From a virus: a DNA stretch of 64,000 nt. Positions 30,417-40,712 of the stretch are shown piece by piece. The position numbers and the translations under genes were made by a program. A model generated the notes under the pieces. The model did not search any database and was not told the DNA's origin. It worked only from the letters and a program-made list of their open reading frames with translations. The DNA is taken from the IMG/VR virus record IMGVR_UViG_3300031420_000003, positions 184,417 to 248,416 of that record. One strand, written 5' to 3'. How positions within the stretch are numbered: position 1 is the first letter of the stretch; each line of letters opens with the position of its first letter.

Positions 30417-32516
30417 TTACTTCGGTAGCGTAGGAAACGCCCCATCATAAAGACTGGCAGGACGCTTCTCATTGACCCAGAAGCCTACGTTGTTGAGATA
30501 GTCTTGCTGACCTTGGAACAGCAACATCGGTGCACCACTACGAATCCCAATCAGGGTGTTGTGATCCACGAAACGTTTGCCGCTCACCTCGTTAGCTTCT
30601 TCACGGTCAAAGCCCACCGCCGGGAATGAATCGGTTGGGGATTCAACACGTGACACCGCTAACATGATACCCACGTGACACATCGGTACGCCGTTAAGCT
30701 TACGCCCAATGTAACGGAAGGTATCAAACAACGCATACGTACACTGCCGCTCAGTAGCGCCACCCATCTCAACCAGCGTTAAGGTTTTCACCTTGCCTTT
30801 CTTGTTCATCTTCACTGAGTTGTCGACGCTGATAACGTCATCCGCCTCATCGTTCTTATCCGCCGCAACAGAACGCAGCTTGGTCTCAAGACCCGCAACG
30901 AACTCTGCCATGGATTCAGAACGGTTGGTGTAGATAAGCAAGGGTTGTGCGGTGTGCCACTCTTTCAGTGGAATGTGCACGAGCTTCTTCACGAAGCGCA
31001 GCTTGTCACGGTGCTTCAGGAAGTAACGTAAGAACGCCTTCGAGAAGTTACCGCAAACACCCATACGGGCATCGACTGATTCTTCAAACTGCAACTCACC
31101 TTCTTTGTCATAGCGCTGGAACGTGAGGTCGTTGATCTCCGGCAGTGCCGTCTCATCAACATCATCCATGTTCTCATGATACGCAATCTGGCTCAGCTCA
31201 GAATACAGCTTGTCGGAGATAACCAGTTCGTACTCATTCCATGCGCCTGTCAGCGGTTTACCTTTGAGCTTCAGGCCCTTCTGGGAATCCTTCTCGAACT
31301 TGTCCAGATACTGCTGCATAGGTGGCGTCAGAATTAACTTCAGCAACGCACGCAGGAAGTCTAAGTGCTTGGTCGAGAGAATACCCTGAGAACCCTTCTC
31401 AGAGATAGAGGTAGACGCCAAGTGACCCGGCGAGGTATCTTCGGATAGGTTGAAGATAAGATCGCCCATACAGCCCGCACACAAGCCCTGCTTGGCTAAG
31501 TGGCGACAAGTCATGGCACTGCGGAACAACAGCGGGCGGTCTTTCACCTTTTCAAAGTCTTCAGGTTCAAACCGACGCCAAGGTCCGCCCTCATTCTCAA
31601 AGCGATAGCGCATGCCTTTCATGGCTTTGAACGCTTGCTTGTGATGCTCAAGTTCCGTAAAGGTAAACTCGTGCGCCTCTGTGGTGCCACAGTCGTCGTA
31701 GCTGAAGTTCATGAGCACGTTCGCTACCAACTGCAGCTTACGTGAACCGTACTCGGCTTCGGCGATGTTATCCGTGTTATACAGATGCGACCGCGAGGTG
31801 GCTCCCGCTTCCTTAAGACGGGAAGCGAGTTTGTGCAGACCGTTGAAGAAACCTTCCCAGACCTGATTGGTGTACACACGTGAGTCAATCTCTGACGTTT
31901 TACCACGCACATACGCTTGCAGTATCTGGTTCATCTTCATAGTACCGTCTTTCACCGACATCGCCAACGGGTTCATGGCAAGGTTCGGATCGCGAAGCAG
32001 TATCCCTTCGATGATTTGATAGGCGTCTTCAACTTTGTCGTTGCCTTCCGAGTCGTAACCCGTCGGGTGCTCGACAGCCCAGCGCAGGATTATCTGGAAG
32101 TCCGGGTGGTCGTAGATATCCCGCATGGTGTCGATGTCAATCGTGGTGCAATACGGCAGCAGATGCTTAACGGTTAAGTTAAAGGCATCGGCATACACAT
32201 GTTGCGACAGGATGTACCGCGTATCCCCCAAATCCACACCGGCCTCACGCGCCAATACCGCTGCAATCGACATGAAGTCAATGTGGCGGTCATCGGTAGA
32301 CACATCCCCCGGCTTAAAGCACAGAGACGAGGGTGTCGAGACCTGCGGATAGTAGCGCGACAATGCCCAGTACGGCCAACTCAACTTTACGTGTCGAGAG
32401 GAGACCGGCAACGTCACACCGTCATCGAATGTCACGTCGTAACGACCGCGCATCTTCCAGACTTTCTCCGCAGGTAACATCCTTAAATCACGAATGTGTA
32501 CAGGACACCCATTCAT
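30417..32516 (-). CDS. rpoC: Non-virion RNA polymerase beta' subunit (phiKZ gp74-like)
   Basis: DDCGT, RSAMTC...LCAGCMG zinc site, GHLASTSISEKGSQGILSTKH (trigger-loop region). Confidence 0.85.
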   Translation of the reverse strand: MNGCPVHIRDLRMLPAEKVWKMRGRYDVTFDDGVTLPVSSRHVKLSWPYWALSRYYPQVSTPSSLCFKPGDVSTDDRHIDFMSIAAVLAREAGVDLGDTRYILSQHVYADAFNLTVKHLLPYCTTIDIDTMRDIYDHPDFQIILRWAVEHPTGYDSEGNDKVEDAYQIIEGILLRDPNLAMNPLAMSVKDGTMKMNQILQAYVRGKTSEIDSRVYTNQVWEGFFNGLHKLASRLKEAGATSRSHLYNTDNIAEAEYGSRKLQLVANVLMNFSYDDCGTTEAHEFTFTELEHHKQAFKAMKGMRYRFENEGGPWRRFEPEDFEKVKDRPLLFRSAMTCRHLAKQGLCAGCMGDLIFNLSEDTSPGHLASTSISEKGSQGILSTKHLDFLRALLKLILTPPMQQYLDKFEKDSQKGLKLKGKPLTGAWNEYELVISDKLYSELSQIAYHENMDDVDETALPEINDLTFQRYDKEGELQFEESVDARMGVCGNFSKAFLRYFLKHRDKLRFVKKLVHIPLKEWHTAQPLLIYTNRSESMAEFVAGLETKLRSVAADKNDEADDVISVDNSVKMNKKGKVKTLTLVEMGGATERQCTYALFDTFRYIGRKLNGVPMCHVGIMLAVSRVESPTDSFPAVGFDREEANEVSGKRFVDHNTLIGIRSGAPMLLFQGQQDYLNNVGFWVNEKRPASLYDGAFPTLPK

Positions 32517-34732
32517 TCTGCATCCTCCCGGACTGGTCTAATCAATTCAAAACCTTCGCAACGGTGAATGTTACGAATCATCTTGTCAACCTGAGACTCA
32601 CCGAGTGGGAATTTCTTCCTGTCGATGATGTACCCCGGATTGGTCGGCGTATCAGATTCGTACATCGCCTCCACTACCGTACGGTGTACCACGTTTGAGT
32701 TTGCACGGTTGTGCACCTCATCCGCCAGATTACCGTAACCGGATAACAGTCGACGTTCGGACTCACCCATCCACTTCTTCGCAGAGAAGTTAATCGGATA
32801 GCCACCCCGTCCTGCATGAGACGCATCGATAGTCCCGAGGTAGTTCAAGTGCATCGAGGAGATACACGAGAACTCACGACCGGTCTTATCCAGACGAAGG
32901 GTTTCCACGTGACCCACGTAGAACTTGTTCTTCGTCCACTCCTGCACACCGTCGTAATTGGTGATAAGCAGCTCAGATTTCTCTGGTGCAAACTCACCGA
33001 GATTATGCACGATGTCCATGGGTGTGGTGTCGAGTTCGTGCGGAAGCCAGATACGGATAGTAAAGTCGAAGATCTCTTTGAAGAGTTCCACGCGCTTCAC
33101 TTCTGTGTCATGCTCTTCCAGCATGTAGTTCGCCCAATCGATGTTGTAACGCGAGAGATAGTCGATGAGAATATCAAACGCTTCATTCACCTGATCCTTT
33201 TCCAGCATCGGCTTGATACGCAGTTTCAGTTGTTCACTGGCTGCAGACCAATAGATGTGGAACAGGCCTGAATAGGTCGAGCGACGTACCACGGCGTTCT
33301 GAGAACGAATGACGTGCACACGCTGACCGAGTTTGTTAATCGGCATCTGCTCATCAGGTAATACCCGACCCACGATACCTTTGGTGCCAGAACGGTCAGT
33401 GATTTTCGAGGAGACCGTCACCGGAATCGGATAGCGTACCACAATCTTCACGGTGTACGTGTTGATAGGGTCTTTCAGTGAACGCTGAACCGGCTCCTTT
33501 AAACGCTGCAGAATACGCGTGTCCGCTTGGTCACGTTTGTACTCGCCACGTTTAACGGCTTCATCAATCTCACGACGCATCTCACGTTGGAACTCCGAAT
33601 AGACTTCGTAGGTTTCCGAGGCGAATGCTTTATCCAGAAGCTCGGCTGCTTTAGGCGACCAGACGATGTTGTCGTCTTTGCTCATGGTAAAGTAGAACCG
33701 CACCAGTTCCCGATAGAAGTCTTTCAGTGCACCGGCGTAGAGATCCAGTACGTTTTTGTTTTCCGTGGTACAACGGATATTGTTCTGTCCGTTGTTAATC
33801 GATGACTCGTCACGCCAGACCTGAATGTCAATCACGCGACTGCCATTGAATTCGGATGGACGCATGAAATGCTCCGGGTCCGCATCCACGTACTCACAAT
33901 GGTCAAAGAACGGACTGGCATGCATCGTCTCACCCAAGTGAGAATCAATCGCCGCGTACAGCGGGTCATGACGTCGCGCTGCAATCACCAAACCATCGTC
34001 ACGAATCGCCTGTCCGTATTCCGGGAAATACTGCGGACGACGCACACCGTTGACAAAGCTGCCATACGTGTCGAGCAGGTACTCGTCTTCACGCAGTGAT
34101 AACATTATCTCACGATAACCCCAACCGTGCATCAGATGTGCCGCAGTCTGCGATATCGTGTACGAATCCTCGATAATGTCCGGGTGCGACATCGCAACCG
34201 TTGGCAGGGCCACACCATCGACCAGCTCACCGTCCTGTACTGCATTGAAATCGGTCAGGATGTCATCGCGTTGCAGGTCATTGATTTCACCGCGTGCAAT
34301 ACCACGCAGTTTATCAGTGGGGCGCAGCTCTGAGGTGAAGATATGATCGTGGTGCGTGTAGTTACTGGTCATCGCCAAATCAATCATCGTTTTGTGCTGC
34401 GTACTCGCATCACGTTGTTTACGACGAAAGAAGATGGCGTACTGCAAGACATTCGGATCGCCACGTTTTGCATGCCGTGCAAACACCGCACGACGTTGAC
34501 GACCTTTATCGTTGAACGAGGCCACTTCGCCATCGTCTTCGATGATGTCATTGAACATGTACTTCGCGTACTCGGAGTCGGCTCCGGTGAAATGTGGGGA
34601 GGGGGTTGGATGGTCAATCGGTACGGCCGATTTCATATGACCACCGACCATTGCTGCGCGAGAACCAGAAACGTGATCGATTAACGGTTCACGGTCTGCG
34701 GATACGCCCTTGTATTCGACATTCGACTGCAT
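32513..34732 (-). CDS. rpoB: Non-virion RNA polymerase beta subunit (phiKZ gp71-73-like)
   Basis: SRAAMVGGHM, EDS, SSKITDRSGTKGIV, WMGESE motifs of the beta C-terminal half. Confidence 0.9.
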   Translation of the reverse strand: MQSNVEYKGVSADREPLIDHVSGSRAAMVGGHMKSAVPIDHPTPSPHFTGADSEYAKYMFNDIIEDDGEVASFNDKGRQRRAVFARHAKRGDPNVLQYAIFFRRKQRDASTQHKTMIDLAMTSNYTHHDHIFTSELRPTDKLRGIARGEINDLQRDDILTDFNAVQDGELVDGVALPTVAMSHPDIIEDSYTISQTAAHLMHGWGYREIMLSLREDEYLLDTYGSFVNGVRRPQYFPEYGQAIRDDGLVIAARRHDPLYAAIDSHLGETMHASPFFDHCEYVDADPEHFMRPSEFNGSRVIDIQVWRDESSINNGQNNIRCTTENKNVLDLYAGALKDFYRELVRFYFTMSKDDNIVWSPKAAELLDKAFASETYEVYSEFQREMRREIDEAVKRGEYKRDQADTRILQRLKEPVQRSLKDPINTYTVKIVVRYPIPVTVSSKITDRSGTKGIVGRVLPDEQMPINKLGQRVHVIRSQNAVVRRSTYSGLFHIYWSAASEQLKLRIKPMLEKDQVNEAFDILIDYLSRYNIDWANYMLEEHDTEVKRVELFKEIFDFTIRIWLPHELDTTPMDIVHNLGEFAPEKSELLITNYDGVQEWTKNKFYVGHVETLRLDKTGREFSCISSMHLNYLGTIDASHAGRGGYPINFSAKKWMGESERRLLSGYGNLADEVHNRANSNVVHRTVVEAMYESDTPTNPGYIIDRKKFPLGESQVDKMIRNIHRCEGFELIRPVREDAE

Positions 34733-34758
34733 TTATGAATTACTCCTTTCGTGTAGCA

Positions 34759-34779
34759 TCATGAGGATAATATCTATCT
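34759..34779 (-). promoter_or_regulatory. Putative early promoter motif
   Basis: AGATAGATATTAT-CCTC-ATGA upstream of nvRNAP beta. Confidence 0.75.
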
Positions 34780-34803
34780 CTAGTTTCTTTTAAGGAGACA
34801 CCC

Positions 34804-35124
34804 GTGTTAGAATCGTTTATCACCCTTGGAAATATTATCCCGCCACCGGAGACAGATAGGAACCGTGTGTTGCGCGACCACGTCACGTTTATGCGCAACC
34901 ATGCGGAAACCACGGATATGCTGGTTGACCCTGCTCACAGCTACCCAGAGGTTCATTCCTTCTACACCTTCTGCAAAGCAGTTGGCTTAGAGGACATTCA
35001 AATCTATCCCACAATGTTATTGAACGGTATCACTAACCCGCTTGCTTTCACGCCTGAAAAGTACACGATGCTGAAAGTCCCCAGTGCACCACTGGTGAAC
35101 TCCATTATCTCCACCATTCAATAA
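34804..35124 (+). CDS. Small protein, possibly LysM-like baseplate component
   Basis: 106 aa, GTG start with AAGGAG SD; LLNGITNP...LKVP resembles LysM/tail-X family. Confidence 0.5.
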   Translation: MLESFITLGNIIPPPETDRNRVLRDHVTFMRNHAETTDMLVDPAHSYPEVHSFYTFCKAVGLEDIQIYPTMLLNGITNPLAFTPEKYTMLKVPSAPLVNSIISTIQ

Positions 35125-35162
35125 AAAAAGAAGGGGCCACTGCGACCCCTTTATTTTTTTTT
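35123..35162. terminator. Bidirectional terminator
   Basis: AAGGGG...CCCCTT hairpin flanked by an A run and a T run. Confidence 0.7.
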
Positions 35163-35164
35163 GC

Positions 35165-36499
35165 TTAGATGCCTAAGCCCCACACGCCACCGTTGTTACC
35201 GCTCAGTAACGATCCACCGCTGTCACCGCCTAACAGTGAACCACTACCGCCACCCAGCAGAGAACCCCCGCCCAGCAAGCTGCCGGTGTTGGAGTTACCG
35301 CTCAATAAGCTGTTATTGTTACTGATGGTGGTATTGTTACCCACCGCCTGTGCCAACGACATGCCGCTGATGGTTTCGTTCTGTGCGTTCACACGACCGG
35401 TACGCTCGTACTCTGCCAACTGAACCGGCGTCATACGCGCTGGGTCCGGTGCGGCCAAGATAGAGTTGTTACCACGACGTGAGACACCGTGACGGGAGAA
35501 GAATGCCATCGGGTCATCTTTGGCTGGCTCTTCTGCACTACTGGCAGTGGGCGCAGCTTTCTCGATGTGGCCATGAGACGGCTTCAGACGATATTCACGG
35601 GCAGAGGTATCCTGCTCGTTCTCCCCACGCGGGCCGACATTATACGGCAGCGTTTGGATTTTATCGTTATACTTCTCCAGCGAGTCCAGCTCTGAGATCC
35701 ACGCATCGTCCAGCGGACGCAGCGGTGTGTGATCCTTTAAGCCACGCACAATCTGGTTGTAGTTGATGACATAGTTCGCCCAACCACGTGACAGACAGCC
35801 GAAGTACGGACGGTCATCATTGGAACCCGTAACCGGTGGATACCAGCCAAAGATTGCCATCAGCAGGCGATGGATAATCACCTTATCCTGCTTACGACGC
35901 AGGGTTGCACCAAAGTACGTTGCAGTTCCGTCTTCGCCTTCTTCTTCAAAGCAGTGACGGAAGTTTGCCGCACGCACGTACTTCACGCCATCGATAACCA
36001 GATCCGTTGCAATGAACAACTGCAGACGTTTCTTTTCTTCGATGTTCTCACGCACGTAGTTCATGAGCGTCGTGAAGCTTTGCTGGAGCACCTTATCAAG
36101 CTTCGGGTCTTTAATCCCTTCGCAGATGCTGGCCAGCCAGTTGGTGTAACCGGCCAGACGAACCTTCTTACCTTCGGCAGCGGTATCGAGTACGTACTCA
36201 ATCAACTCGATGGAACGCGACCACAGTTGGTTCATGATGGCTTTCTTCATGAAGCGGTTGGTGCCTGACTCGCCGTACATTACAGATTCGCACAGCGGGT
36301 GATAGGCATGACACTCGGTGCCATCGTCATCTTCCATGCCCGCTTTGAGCATGGCCGTGGTTGGCAGCACCAGACGACGACGTACTTTGTTGTACGTGAA
36401 ATACGCCGGGGTCTTATCATCGCGGTAGACGAACTTGTCGCCATCGCGGTCAAAGCCCCACGATCCCATTTGACTGGTGTAGCAGTCTAAAATATTCAT
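35165..36499 (-). CDS. Nucleus-block conserved protein (phiKZ gp70-like) with Gly/Ser/Leu repeat tail
   Basis: 444 aa; position between the PicA-like gene and nvRNAP beta. Confidence 0.6.
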   Translation of the reverse strand: MNILDCYTSQMGSWGFDRDGDKFVYRDDKTPAYFTYNKVRRRLVLPTTAMLKAGMEDDDGTECHAYHPLCESVMYGESGTNRFMKKAIMNQLWSRSIELIEYVLDTAAEGKKVRLAGYTNWLASICEGIKDPKLDKVLQQSFTTLMNYVRENIEEKKRLQLFIATDLVIDGVKYVRAANFRHCFEEEGEDGTATYFGATLRRKQDKVIIHRLLMAIFGWYPPVTGSNDDRPYFGCLSRGWANYVINYNQIVRGLKDHTPLRPLDDAWISELDSLEKYNDKIQTLPYNVGPRGENEQDTSAREYRLKPSHGHIEKAAPTASSAEEPAKDDPMAFFSRHGVSRRGNNSILAAPDPARMTPVQLAEYERTGRVNAQNETISGMSLAQAVGNNTTISNNNSLLSGNSNTGSLLGGGSLLGGGSGSLLGGDSGGSLLSGNNGGVWGLGI

Positions 36500-36517
36500 C
36501 GGTTAATTGATCCTTGC

Positions 36518-38191
36518 TCAGAGTGTGAAGTTATCGTTATCGGAAGATAACCCCAAACCACCCAGTCCCAGACTGCCCGAACTTGGCGCATCAGGAATGT
36601 TGAATTGGAGATTGCTCTTACCTACCTTGCGCTCGTTATCGACGTATGCTTCGTCGATGCTTGAGAACAGGCGTTCGGTGTCTTTAGCCAATTGGCCGAC
36701 GTATTTCAGGTCAGTGGTGTTACCCATGTGCAGACGGTTTGACATGAAGGAGGCGAAGGTGAAGAACTCTTTAACCAAGTCCCCATCCATTCTGATCTCA
36801 ACACGGTTGACCGTACCCAGACGTGCGATGATGAACACCTCAAAGCGAAGGCTGTTGTGCTTGCTCACGGTAATGAACAAACGCTTCAGATCCTGCATCA
36901 GCTGGTTGGCCAGTGCACCGGACAACTGCGTCTTCAGAAGACCTTCGACAGAATTCGGGTTGACCATCAGAGTCGGTTCGGTCACGAAGTCTGTATTCAA
37001 GTTATCAAACGTGATAGCACACGCGCCCACTTTACTGCGGGCCATGACCTGTGACAGCTGCATTGCGATATCAAACGCAACCAGTGAAGCCGGCGTTGAA
37101 TAGTCATTCATGGACAACCAGTCATCGGTCTTCTCGATGATACCGGTACGGTTCATGAACGCATCATGCAGTGACGTGATGATGTCCGTGTTCAGCTTCT
37201 CAGGGTTTGAGATTGCCGCACGGATATCCATCAGGCGGAAGTTCGCCTTCTGGGCATTACGCCACGCATCACTGCCTAGGCCGGTATTACGTTGCAGGGA
37301 TTCACGCAGAGAACGGATGAACGGGAACGATGCAAAGCTGCGCATCACACCCATGCCATTCAGTTCACGCTGCACGCCGTTTGCGCCATCAGAGTCAAAG
37401 AACGAATCGACGGCCGTCAGCGTGTCGTCCTGACCACGAGACTTCAGGTAACTCGTTGACATCGCATTGACAAACTCACCCGGACTGGTCAGACGCGAGG
37501 ACATTAACTGCGCCTGCGTTGAAGCCACTGGTGAGAAGATGGTGGTGGAATCCGGCACGAATGCTTCGTTGGCACCCAGCTCAATCTTGCGAACCATGTC
37601 CGCTGACTTCGCAATGGAAATCAGGTCGATGGTCGATTCTTGATAGGAGTCCACACTCAGTGCCTGAGACAACACGTAGTTGTCCACCATGCGCTCACTG
37701 CCCGGGATAACGTGACGCTGACCGAACAGATCCGGTGCACCGTACGTCTGCTGCATGCCGTATACGTCGTTGATATAAAGCACCATGTCATCTGGCAGTA
37801 AGCCCGACAACGATTGCTCTCCACGACTGGTATAACCGGTGATGATAAATTGTGTTTCTTGGCTGCGTGTGTCATTGACAGGGTCAGCCACCAGAACAGC
37901 GATGAAGTTGTACACATCGGTATTGTCGCTGTTATAGTTGAAGCGGTCGACGATGTTACCTTCGCCCACGTTAACCAGTGGACGCTCAACACCGGTCGGT
38001 GTTGAGTCGAAGGAAACCACATCAGACAGCGCCTGTTGGTACAGGGGTGTTGAAGTCGCGTTACGGCCTTCACGCGACACGATCTCTTTCAGTTCATCCA
38101 TCGCTGAGAGAGAAGAGCTATACGCCATACGACGACGAATCTGCTCAGGGATACCATAGACCGGGTACATCAACATGTTGACTAATTTCAT
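36518..38191 (-). CDS. picA: Putative phage-nucleus protein import factor PicA/Imp1 (phiKZ gp69-like)
   Basis: 557 aa; syntenic position directly after the gp68-like gene in the chimallivirus core block (synteny, no alignment). Confidence 0.6.
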   Translation of the reverse strand: MKLVNMLMYPVYGIPEQIRRRMAYSSSLSAMDELKEIVSREGRNATSTPLYQQALSDVVSFDSTPTGVERPLVNVGEGNIVDRFNYNSDNTDVYNFIAVLVADPVNDTRSQETQFIITGYTSRGEQSLSGLLPDDMVLYINDVYGMQQTYGAPDLFGQRHVIPGSERMVDNYVLSQALSVDSYQESTIDLISIAKSADMVRKIELGANEAFVPDSTTIFSPVASTQAQLMSSRLTSPGEFVNAMSTSYLKSRGQDDTLTAVDSFFDSDGANGVQRELNGMGVMRSFASFPFIRSLRESLQRNTGLGSDAWRNAQKANFRLMDIRAAISNPEKLNTDIITSLHDAFMNRTGIIEKTDDWLSMNDYSTPASLVAFDIAMQLSQVMARSKVGACAITFDNLNTDFVTEPTLMVNPNSVEGLLKTQLSGALANQLMQDLKRLFITVSKHNSLRFEVFIIARLGTVNRVEIRMDGDLVKEFFTFASFMSNRLHMGNTTDLKYVGQLAKDTERLFSSIDEAYVDNERKVGKSNLQFNIPDAPSSGSLGLGGLGLSSDNDNFTL

Positions 38192-38205
38192 TTATTAATT
38201 ACTCC

Positions 38206-39822
38206 TTACGATACAAAGAAATCGACTTCATCCAGTTTTCTACGCGCTTGGATGGTCAAGAATTCGGCCAGTTGAGACTGGATGCGTCCACCCAGTTTCA
38301 TGCGTTCCACCGTCGTGGAGTCGCTTTTCAACAGTACCCTGGCCTCTTCGGTACAGTTGAAGTTGAAGTAGTACGGCGCGATATGCTGGTCTAACAACAG
38401 ACGCAACGATTCACGAGCCGGACTCTCGCTGTTACCGCCACCTTTAACAGTGCGATAGTCATGAGGATAATATCTATCCATCTTAATTTTGATATCAGGT
38501 TCGATTGCATAGATGGGATGGCCCGACACATTGCCCGGCAACATCTGACAACTGAGTAACGCCGCCACTTCGTGCATGCCGTAATGCAGATACACTGCCT
38601 GAGCAATACCCATGCCGTACTTGAATTCGACTTCGATATCTTTGTACGTTTGACGGTGTGCCTTCGAGTGCAGTGCTGCTGCCACCAACCATTCATGCAG
38701 TTCGTAGATAGGCCCGGTGTGGTTGACCAGAATCGAATCAATCAACGTCTTCACCGTGGCCGGTGCGATGTCGATGTTCTTCAGCGTCTTGATAAACCGA
38801 CGGTAATCTTTGAACGCAACCGCAGTTCGGACAAACTCCTTCACCGGTGCAGGGCTACGTGCCTGTACCAAGTCAATGGCGTTCGTCTTACCCTTCTCAC
38901 CATTAAATACCGTGTTGCTCGGATGCTGCTTTAAGATAACCGATTGACCGGAAATCTTTGAAGCAAAGCCACCGTCCACTTCACCACGAATCGCATAGAA
39001 GATTTGCGAGATGGTGTTGTTGTCGTTGAGATCCGCTGTCGCAAAGTCCGCACCCACCGGATGCAGGCCCAGTACGTAGACCACGGTGTACGCCAGAAGA
39101 TACTCTTCCAACATATCCGACCCATAGCCCCGAACCGATGCCAACACAGACAGGCTTGTGCCGCCCATGCCTTTGTTCGACTCACGCTGGAACTTCTCAA
39201 CCAGACAGTTCAGGAACACCCGCAGCTTATCAATGGCTGGCGAACGGGCTACTGCGGTATCCGAGATAACACTGAAGCAACGCACCATGCTCAGCACCAC
39301 TTTACGCTTGGTGTCTTGCGACAGACCTTTACCACCGATATACGCACCCAGCAGGTTAAACACCGGCAGGAACGGTTTGATGGCCAAGGTTTCAATCAAC
39401 AGCTCGTAATACTCCGGGCGGATATAGGTCATCGCCTCAGGGTAGTTTGGCGGAAGTCCGTCAAAGTTCTCTTGGAGCTTCTCAGGAATCCACACCTTGT
39501 TCATGGGATACAACTGCTTGAACACCTCAGGTGGGTGTAAGCGGTCGATAACACGAATGACTTTTGGCAGATGCTCTTCTAATAAAGAAGAATCCACAGC
39601 CGTCAAGTCCTGAACCATCTCGTAAGCTTCCCACAGCTCATCGAGACTTTTCGCCGGAAGCGTAGCCCAGTAACGTTCGAGTTCGAGGAACAACAAATCA
39701 TCGCGACTCAAATCGGTCTGGATCGTATTACGCTTGCGGTTAATGGCGGGCAGGCCGTCGAACGTGAGGGTCTGACCATTACGCGAAATCGTAATCTCGT
39801 CTTTGACCTTTTTGATTTTCAT
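38206..39822 (-). CDS. Non-virion RNAP promoter-specificity subunit (phiKZ gp68-like)
   Basis: 538 aa; size and position between ChmC and PicA-like genes; preceded by the promoter motif. Confidence 0.6.
   Translation of the reverse strand: MKIKKVKDEITISRNGQTLTFDGLPAINRKRNTIQTDLSRDDLLFLELERYWATLPAKSLDELWEAYEMVQDLTAVDSSLLEEHLPKVIRVIDRLHPPEVFKQLYPMNKVWIPEKLQENFDGLPPNYPEAMTYIRPEYYELLIETLAIKPFLPVFNLLGAYIGGKGLSQDTKRKVVLSMVRCFSVISDTAVARSPAIDKLRVFLNCLVEKFQRESNKGMGGTSLSVLASVRGYGSDMLEEYLLAYTVVYVLGLHPVGADFATADLNDNNTISQIFYAIRGEVDGGFASKISGQSVILKQHPSNTVFNGEKGKTNAIDLVQARSPAPVKEFVRTAVAFKDYRRFIKTLKNIDIAPATVKTLIDSILVNHTGPIYELHEWLVAAALHSKAHRQTYKDIEVEFKYGMGIAQAVYLHYGMHEVAALLSCQMLPGNVSGHPIYAIEPDIKIKMDRYYPHDYRTVKGGGNSESPARESLRLLLDQHIAPYYFNFNCTEEARVLLKSDSTTVERMKLGGRIQSQLAEFLTIQARRKLDEVDFFVS
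38459..38479 (-). promoter_or_regulatory. Intragenic copy of the early promoter motif, upstream of the PicA-like gene
   Basis: GGATAGATATTAT-CCTC-ATGA; 20 nt identical to the copy at 34759. Confidence 0.6.
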
Positions 39823-39849
39823 GCGAAAACTCCGATACCAGTTGATAGT

Positions 39850-39870
39850 TCACGATGATAATATCTATTT
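39850..39870 (-). promoter_or_regulatory. Putative early promoter motif
   Basis: AAATAGATATTAT-CATC-GTGA upstream of the gp68-like gene. Confidence 0.7.
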
Positions 39871-39954
39871 CAGATCTTATCCAGTGGGTCCAAATGCTAG
39901 CAGTACACATAACCGCTAAAGGGGTGTGGCCTGCAGGCCACACCCATCGCTTTA

Positions 39955-40650
39955 TTAAAGCATGATGTCGTCGAACGACTGGTCAGGCGGTGCCTGACGA
40001 TTGTTGTTATTGTTTTGCTGATAACCGCCTTGCTGACCGCCACCTTGGTTATTGTTCTGGTAGCCGCCACCTTGGTTGCCTGCGCCGCGGTTGTAACCAC
40101 CACCGCCACCTTTATTACCGAAACCGCCAGCGTTGTTGAAGTCACGCGGCTTGTACACTTTCAGCAGGTGTTGCAGGAACAGGTCGAAGTCAGTGACAAA
40201 CGAACGAGCACAACGCTCACGCATTTCCAGATCGCTGATTGGCTGACCGTCGCGCAGAACGCGGAAACCTTTCGCCGGATAGAAGAAGAACTTCTTGGTG
40301 CGCTTCTGACCATTGACTTCACCAGAGATAGCCATGAACGGTACCAGGTCTTCACCACGACCCACATGGATAACGCTTGGCGCTTTGTTACCACGACCGT
40401 TTTCAAACGACAGGGTTAACTTCTCTGGCTTTTTCAGTGCGTCTTGCAGCGCTTCGATAATCTGACGCGAAGTGCCATACGGAGCATCGAAGTACACGCC
40501 TTCGCCTTTGCCCCAGCTGTAAGAAAACTTCAAGCCTTCGCAGTCGCCGTTGAACACGTTAGGCTCAATGTTAAGCTTACGTTGCTTGCCCTGATTGTCC
40601 GGCTCTGACAGGGGAAAGAGCGTGCGGTCATTAAAAATTTGTTCGTTCAT
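39955..40650 (-). CDS. chmC: Nucleus-associated RNA/ssDNA-binding protein ChmC-like
   Basis: 231 aa; folded N-domain plus G/N/Q/Y-rich disordered tail and acidic end; position just upstream of the gp68-like gene. Confidence 0.65.
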   Translation of the reverse strand: MNEQIFNDRTLFPLSEPDNQGKQRKLNIEPNVFNGDCEGLKFSYSWGKGEGVYFDAPYGTSRQIIEALQDALKKPEKLTLSFENGRGNKAPSVIHVGRGEDLVPFMAISGEVNGQKRTKKFFFYPAKGFRVLRDGQPISDLEMRERCARSFVTDFDLFLQHLLKVYKPRDFNNAGGFGNKGGGGGYNRGAGNQGGGYQNNNQGGGQQGGYQQNNNNNRQAPPDQSFDDIML

Positions 40651-40712
40651 TTTTCATCCTTCGTAAATGCTGTAGGTCTTACCTTCAAATTAAGACCCGG
40701 TAATGTAAAAAA

